Below are positions 56,376-64,000 of a stretch of 64,000 bases of DNA, one piece after another (position 1 is the stretch's first letter; each line of letters opens with the position of its first letter). Source of the DNA: Octopus vulgaris (taxonomy: Eukaryota); the NCBI GenBank assembly GCA_951406725.2, contig OX597821.1, forward strand, positions 4,154,001-4,218,000, read 5' to 3'. Below the pieces are notes generated by a model. The model was not told the DNA's origin. It made no database searches and saw nothing but the letters and a program-made list of their open reading frames with translations. A program made the position numbers and the translations under genes.

Positions 56376-56782
56376 ACTCTTTTACTCTTTTACTTCTTTC
56401 AGTCATTTGACTGCGGCCATGCTGGAGCACCGCATTTAATCGAGCAACTCGACCCCGGGACTTATTCTTTTTCCAAGCCCAGTACTTATTCTATCGGTCT
56501 CTTTTGCCGAACCGCTAAGTGACGGGGACATAAACACACCAGCATCGGTTGTCAAGCAATGCTAGGGGGACAAACACAGACGCACAAACACACACATACA
56601 TATATATGTATATATATACGACGGTCTTCTTTCAGTTTCCGTCTACCAAATCCACTCTCAAGGCTTTGGTCGGCCCGAGGCTATAGCAGAAGACACATGC
56701 CCAAGGTGCCACGCAGTGGGACTGAACCCGGAACCATGTGGTTAGTAAACAAGCTACTTACCACACAGCCGCTCCTAGGCCT
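56376..56782 (-). mobile_element. SINE family A, near full length
   Basis: Well-preserved head with GGGTTCAGTCCC and CACCTTGGGC; tail AAGTAAAAGAGTAAAAGAG. Confidence 0.9.
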
Positions 56783-56998
56783 ACGTATATGTATTGTTAT
56801 CATCTTGTATAAATTTTGTCCGCAAATAAACGAATATTAATCATTGATTTTATACTAAGATAATGAAATTCATATATTCTAACAACCGATATGTTACCGC
56901 TAGGAACAAACATATATATATATATATATATATATGGGGGGGGGGGTGTATAAATTAACACAATTAATAAACAAGTGTATATATATATAAATTAACTG

Positions 56999-57464
56999 AA
57001 TGAGATAAAATAAAATCAAGGCAGTGAATAGTGTTCAGAACACTTACTGCAGTTTCCGAGATATTTTATATATCCCTTCATCAGGGTCGATGCGAGAACT
57101 TGTTTACTTAATAGTTATAGAGAAGATATGAGTAGAGTGGAGGAACGAAAATAGACGTTAGATACGTAAGGATATTGTATCTGAATTCCATTATTTAAGC
57201 AGATTAGTGTATGTATAAGTTTCCTACGAAATTCTGCTTAAATAATGGAACTACAGATACAATACCCTTACGTGTCTCACGTCTATTTTCATTCCTCCAT
57301 CTCACTCTGTATTTCATATCTTCTCTATAATAAGTATTTCTTACATGATTTCTGGCACCGTCTCTGATGGTGGGATATATAAAAAATCCCGAAAACAGCT
57401 GTAAGACCTTCTCTTTATAAATTATCTGATAACTATTCACCGCCTTGGATTATTTTATCTCATT
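56999..57464. mobile_element. Inverted pair of diverged Penelope-like terminal repeats, each with a hammerhead motif
   Basis: 56999-57202 vs 57232-57464 inverted; minus arm CTGATGA-agggatat..atatctcg-GAAA-ctgcag-TA; plus arm gtct-CTGATGG-tgggat..atccc-GAAAA-cagctg-TA-agac. Confidence 0.7.
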
Positions 57465-57837
57465 CTGTAACTTTTTATATATCTATGCATGCTAAAACAC
57501 GACCTACGTTGGACTTCCCATTCGTATCATTATCGAACCTGGTACTTAACTATAGTCTGAACATAGCACTTATTCAGCTTTACCTGACACCTTCGGTCTT
57601 CTTGACGCCGATACCTCTCATAACCTTGATATGTGTGTCTACATACATATATATATATATCATATAATATTATATTATATATATATAATATTATATATAT
57701 ATATATAATATTATATTTATATATATATATATAATATTATATTATATTATATATATATATGCAATATTACATTATATATATATTAAAATATTATATATAT
57801 ATATATATATAATATAATATTATATTATATATTATAT

Positions 57838-58271
57838 AAGGTAGATCATGGTATGATATGCCACAAACTCTGTGACCTCGGTATAGCTGGAAAACTTGGA
57901 GTGTGGTTGCATGACTTCCTGAAAGATAGGAATCAGGCAGTAGTGGTTAATGGAACCACTTCTATGAACACACAAATAGTGAGCGGTGTTCCACAGGCCA
58001 CTGTCTTGGGACCACTGCCTTTTATAGTGGCCCTCTCAGACAAGCCCTCAAATGCCCGGATAGCCACTCTGACCAGCTATGCAGACGATACGAAAGTCTC
58101 GCAGAAAATACAGAACCTCAGCGATGTTGTACACCTGCAGCAGGAGTTGGACTCAATCTACAGATGGGCTGAGGATAATAATATGCAGTTTAATGCTGAA
58201 AAATTCCATACCCTGCGCTACCAGCATCCAAAACTGAATATGAAACTTACAGAATTCACCGGTCCACAGGG
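57838..58271 (+). pseudogene. CR1/L2-group LINE reverse transcriptase fragment
   Basis: KVDHG..KL..LGIAGKLGVWLHDFLKDR.Q.VVVNG, SGVPQATVLGPL, YADDTKV, W...NNMQFNAEK. Confidence 0.9.
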
Positions 58272-58311
58272 AAATACAAAATACAAAGATATATCTTGAT
58301 ATCGCTCTTGA

Positions 58312-58845
58312 TATAAAAAATTAAATTAAAGAAGAGACTATTGTCTATAAAGTATACAATGTAGAGAAAAAGGATTTGAACACGTGGACTATGGTGCGAC
58401 TATGAAAGGTATCTAATCAGAGGCGGTAAATTCGCCACAATTAAAGCAAGGTTCGAGTTAACAGAGCGTGCAAGGGAGTACTCGACTCGAACTTGCAAAG
58501 TGGAAATATTTTATTTTTATCTTTATATCTGGGACGTAGGATGTCTCGGATGAAAATTAAAAATGTACCCCCAGAAGTAGAGGTAGGCTGGATTGTAGCC
58601 ACACTTCTATACAAGAGGGAGGACAAGATACAATTGATCGAAATTACAAGAGACGGGCTAACAATTCCAGTCCGTTATATATTTTTTGTATTGTTATCAC
58701 GAGCGATATCAAGATATAACTTTGTAGTTTGTATTTTATGTGTAGATGTATATATATAGATGTACATGTAATATGTACACATATATATACACATATATAC
58801 ATGCACTAGCACTATCACCCGGCAACGACGGGTCTTTAATGCTAA
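58312..58845 (+). mobile_element. 3' half of the Helitron family seen at 45690-46702
   Basis: Highly similar to 46149-46702; ends cacccggcaacgacgggtctttaatgCTAA|T. Confidence 0.85.
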
Positions 58846-58919
58846 TATATATATATATATATATATATTATATTGTATTATGTATATATATATATATAAT
58901 ATTATATGATATATATATT

Positions 58920-58986
<67 letters not shown>

Positions 58987-58988
<2 letters not shown>

Positions 58989-59159
58989 AGGCGCAATGGC
59001 CCAGTGGTTAGGGCAGCCGACTCGCGGTCGTAGGATCGCGGTTTCAATTCCCAGACCGCGCGTTGTGAATGTTTATTGAGCGAAAACACAGGCCAACAGA
59101 AGAAAGAGTGGGAGAAAGAGTGGTGAAAGAGTACAGCAGGGATCACCACCCCTGCCGGA
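58987..59159 (+). mobile_element. SINE family B head (58987-59089) plus inverted body segment (59090-59159)
   Basis: Head is in plus orientation; 59090-59159 matches 29387-29457, which belongs to a minus-strand copy. Confidence 0.85.
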
Positions 59160-59762
59160 TATATACTCTCAACAGTGCGCCTTTAAATATGGTTTCTGAT
59201 TATAAATATCTTGGGTCATACATATCATCATCTGGAAAAGACTTTCTAACTAGAAAGGGTATGGCTGGTCAGCCTGTAATGACATGCATAAGATCTGGTC
59301 ATCAAATCTAAGTAGAGACTTCAAACTTGAAATATTCAAAGCCACAGTCGAACCAATTCTACTATATGGCTCAGAAACCTGGACGTTATCAAAGAAGCTT
59401 GAGAGGCGGTTGGATGGAACCTACACTCGCCTCCTTATCAGAGCCCAAAATCTCTCGTGGAAGCCCCATCCAACCAAAATGCAAATATATGGGAAATTAC
59501 CACCTGTGTCATCTCTTGTGAAAGGTAGGAGAGTCCAGTTTGCTGGACATTGTTGTAGAGCTGAAAAAGAAGTAATTTCTACTCTTCTCCTCTGGAAGCC
59601 ATCTACTCGCAATACCAGAGGGCGCACACTCTCCTACCCTGATGTAATCTCCAGGGATACAGGCATCCAGCAACAGGATCTCCGTAATGCTATGATGGAC
59701 CGTGAAGTCTTGTGTAACATAGTAAATTACATTGTCTCGACCACGGTCGAACAATGATGATA
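59160..59762 (+). pseudogene. RTE-group LINE 3' fragment with native 3' end
   Basis: YKYLGSYI, RKGMA, KLEIFKATVEPILLYGSETWTL, RRVQFAGH, AMMDREV; stop codon followed by a (TGA)n tail. Confidence 0.88.
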
Positions 59763-60696
59763 TGTATATATATATGTATGTATATATATATTTATATGTA
59801 TATATATATATGTGTATGTATGCATTTATGTATATATATATACATCAATTTCTTTGCTTAATTGTACTTCATGGCTATAATAATCAGACAGCAATATCAG
59901 AGCAATTAACACTTACAAAAGGAGAAGAAAATTAGATTTTACGAAGGATATGTATGAGAAACATTTAACATATCTTACTACATGCTTTCGCATTTTTACG
60001 CAAATGTACTTTGATGTGAGTCTGAGAATTTCAAGTTATTATATCGATGATAGTTGTTCACTACAATCATATAAATAATCAGGAAGTTGAACCGAAAGAT
60101 AAACGTTTCAAAAAGCTTCAGCGCTTAATCAAATATAAGCGAACAGGACAACATAACTTTTACTTGTCGAAACAAATTATGTAATTCGTTCTCTCCATAC
60201 CCCATCCCCAAATCAGCCCTTAATTACCTCCCCTACCCACTACCGATACTTCTCCGTGTATATCTTTACATTGAACAACTTCTTAACTATCATTATATTT
60301 TCTAAACTTTTATTTTATATTTTTTTTTATATTCCTCACCTATTTTCCTTATCCTTTAACTTTTCTATCTCCACACTCATCCCATACACATGCTAATATA
60401 CAAGTACCAACGGACGCGTACTCATCTACTATATCATCCGGACGCACAAAATACACGCGCGTGCACGCTACGATGCAATCTTGTAATCTTAGATTTAAGC
60501 TACTGCTAATATTTCAACCGTCCCCTGCCGTCCTTGGATTTTAAAATTAAATTACAACTAGCTACTCGACGGGCAAAGCTAAGCCTGATATTTGCCCGAA
60601 AATCCATCAGCTTCCACTTCCCACACCTTCACTCCCCTCACCCTATCCATTGCAAATGCCACTCCTATATCTCTGACTCTTTTCAAACAGCTCCAC

Positions 60697-60862
60697 AGGC
60701 GCAGGAGTGGCTGTGTGTTAAGTAGCTTGCTTTCAAACTACATGGTTCAGTGTTCGGTCTCACTGCGTGTCACCTTGAGCAAGTGTCTTCTTCTATAGCC
60801 ACGGGCCGATCAAAGACATGTGAGTGGATTTGGTAGACGTAAATTACAAGAAGTCTGTCTAC
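60697..60862 (+). mobile_element. SINE family A, 5' half
   Basis: aggcgcaggagtggctgtgtg ... ccttgagcaagtgtcttc ... gtgagtggatttggtagacg. Confidence 0.82.
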
Positions 60863-60969
60863 ATATACATATATATATATATATATATGGATATATATAT
60901 ATATGTATGTATATATGCATGTATGTATATATGTATGTATGTATATTTGTATGTATGTATGTATGTATG

Positions 60970-61085
<116 letters not shown>

Positions 61086-61086
61086 G

Positions 61087-61637
61087 TCAGGTCACTTTCG
61101 AGTGCTACCGGTAACATGTAACCCAGAACTACCGGTTTCATGGTCGGGTCGTCGGCGACTAAAGCGGCAACCCCACCAAGCTCGCTTGGTGAGGAGGCTG
61201 TTTATTGGTCACCCTGCGGGATAAAAACAAACCCGTCAAAGAGCAGAGGAATTCTTGAGAGTCAACGGCCATCCAATAAATTTCTTAAAGTTGTATCATG
61301 CGCGGGGACATAGAAATAATCCGACTGAATACACGGTCGCGCGGTTAAACCATTGGGAGTGAAGGACTCCTAGCCTTCGACAGGGCATACTTCTAGGAGA
61401 AGGCAACTCAGGTAACTGGGATAACCCCGACATAAAACCTGCGGCTCAGTGGTTACCGATGATGTTGACTTGTTTTTCTTTTCGGATTATGGCTGCTGTT
61501 GCTTAGTGAGTGTGATTGACTCAGTGCACAGCCTTTCCTCACTTAAAAAAATATCTTCTTGCACAGGCATTGCACGATACAACATTGATTAAGCTTTGTG
61601 CAATGGCCATACTCGATAACGAGGGAGCAGCCACCAT
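61087..61637 (+). mobile_element. Non-coding element resembling an RTE-LINE 5' UTR or an RTE-derived non-autonomous element
   Basis: Contains CTAGGAGAAGGCAACTC...TAAAACC, similar to the conserved RTE 5'-UTR motif as I recall it; flanked by (TA)n. Confidence 0.55.
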
Positions 61638-61696
61638 ATATATATATATATATATGTGTGTATGTATGTATGTATATATATATATATATATGTATA

Positions 61697-61736
<40 letters not shown>

Positions 61737-61797
61737 TATACATATATATATATATATATATACATACATACACATATATATATATATATATATATAT

Positions 61798-61936
61798 ATG
61801 GTGGCTGCTCCCTCGTTATCGAGTATGGCCATTGCACAAAGCTTAATCAATGTTGTATCGTGCAATGCCTGTGCAAGAATATATTTTTAAAGTGAGGAAA
61901 GGCTGTGCACTGAGTCAATCACACTCACTAAGCAAC
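61798..61936 (-). repeat. Inverted copy of 61499-61637
   Basis: Near-perfect reverse complement. Confidence 0.95.
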
Positions 61937-62144
61937 TATATATATATACATAATATATATATATAAATTATATATATATATATATATATATACATAATAT
62001 ATATATATATAATTATATATATATATATATACATACATACATATATATATACATACATATATATATATATATATACATACATATATATATATACATACAT
62101 ATATATATATATACATACATACATATATATATACATATATACAT

Positions 62145-62189
<45 letters not shown>

Positions 62190-62472
62190 CATACATATAT
62201 ATATACATACATACATATATATATATACATACTTACATACATATATATATATATATATATGTATGTAAGTATGTATATATATATATGTATGTATGTATAT
62301 ATATATATGTATGTATGTATATATATATATATATATCATTATATATATATATATATGTATGTATATATGTATATATATATATGTATGTATGTTAATATAT
62401 ATATATGTATGTATATATATATATGTATGTATATATATATATATATATATGTATGTATATATATATGTATGA

Positions 62473-62511
<39 letters not shown>

Positions 62512-62537
62512 GTATATATATATATATATATATAATT

Positions 62538-62571
<34 letters not shown>

Positions 62572-62582
62572 TGTATGTATGC

Positions 62583-62664
<82 letters not shown>

Positions 62665-63033
62665 ATATATAGATACATATATATGTATGTATGTATGTAT
62701 AAACATACATACCATTGGGAGTGAAGGACTCCTAGCCTTCGTCAGGGCATACTTCTAGGAGAAGGCAACTCAGGTAACTGGGATAACCCCGACATAAAAT
62801 CTGCGGCTCAGTGGTTACCGATGATGTTGACTTGTTTTTCTTTTCGGATTATGGCTGCTGTTGCTTAGTGAGGGTGATTGACTCAGTGCACAGCCTTTCC
62901 TCACTTAAAAAAATATCTTCTTGCACAGGCATTGCACGATACAACATTGATTAAGCTATGTGCAATGGCCATACTCGATAACGAGGGAGCAGCCACCATA
63001 TATATATATATATATATATATTGTGTATGTATG

Positions 63034-63072
<39 letters not shown>

Positions 63073-63075
63073 CTA

Positions 63076-63123
<48 letters not shown>

Positions 63124-63283
63124 AGTATGTATATATATATATATGTACGTATGTATATATATATATATGTATGTATGTATATATATATATATCATTATAT
63201 ATATATATATATGTATGTATATATGTATATATATATATGTATGTATGTATATATATATATGTATGTATATATATATATGTATG

Positions 63284-63314
<31 letters not shown>

Positions 63315-63323
63315 ATATATATG

Positions 63324-63411
<88 letters not shown>

Positions 63412-63442
63412 ATGTATATATATATATGTATGTATGCATATA

Positions 63443-63495
<53 letters not shown>

Positions 63496-63772
63496 ATATA
63501 TATATATGAATATATGTATATATATAGATACATATATATGTATGTATGTATGTATATATATATACATACATATATGCATGTATATATATATGTATGTATA
63601 TATAAATATGTATATATATATATATATGTATGTACGTATGTATGTATATATATGTATGTATGTATATATATATGTATGTATATGTATATATATATATATG
63701 TATGTGTATGTATATGTATATATATATGTATGTATATATATATGTATATATATATAAGTATGTATGCATATA

Positions 63773-63803
<31 letters not shown>

Positions 63804-63823
63804 GTATACATATATATATATAC

Positions 63824-63885
<62 letters not shown>

Positions 63886-63899
63886 ATATATATATATAC
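61937..63899. repeat. Very long degenerate (TA)n/(TATG)n arrays, interrupted by 62700-62998
   Basis: Directly visible. Confidence 0.95.
62711..62998 (+). repeat. Direct copy of 61350-61637
   Basis: Near-identical, with a handful of substitutions. Confidence 0.95.
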
Positions 63900-64000
63900 A
63901 AGATGGCGCCGAACTAACAAGTCGTGTGTTAATGTGTCTCTCCTAAAGTTTAAAAAGACCTTTAAGAGATCGATATTATCAGAAGTGAATTTTGTCTGTA

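Noticed and set aside
61087-61175. Possible HDV-like ribozyme at the 5' end of the RTE-like element (gtcg-tcgg-cgac hairpin followed by CTAA)
   Set aside because: I could not assemble consistent P1/P2/P3/P1.1 pairings by eye; it needs an RNArobo or Infernal search on the family consensus
61350-62998. CRISPR-like or LTR-pair interpretation of the repeated blocks
   Set aside because: Eukaryotic context, no regular repeat-spacer period, no TG..CA/PBS/PPT and no internal coding region

Overview
AT-rich eukaryotic, repeat-saturated intergenic or intronic DNA. The mix of tRNA-derived SINEs, (TA)n/(TAA)n microsatellites, R4/Dong, Tx1, RTE and Penelope retroelements resembles an octopus (coleoid cephalopod) genome; this is an inference from my recall of those repeat families. 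No host protein-coding exon, rRNA, true tRNA or CRISPR can be supported, and nearly all ORFs in the track are translated microsatellites. Supported content: (1) a 5'-truncated, nearly intact R4/Dong-type LINE (RT plus restriction-like endonuclease) inside a (TAA)n array, next to a 557-bp non-coding passenger element; (2) a Tx1/L1-type LINE (ORF1 zinc knuckle, APE, partial RT) and a second decayed copy; (3) CR1-type and RTE-type fragments, a mariner relic and a Penelope GIY-YIG relic; (4) three complete non-autonomous Helitrons, one carrying a captured LINE ORF1 fragment that recurs in a second partial copy; (5) four SINE families; (6) several Penelope-type hammerhead ribozyme motifs, one with an intact core; (7) recurrent fold-back inverted duplications around (TA)n arrays. 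Element boundaries were read by eye and are approximate unless terminal motifs are quoted.
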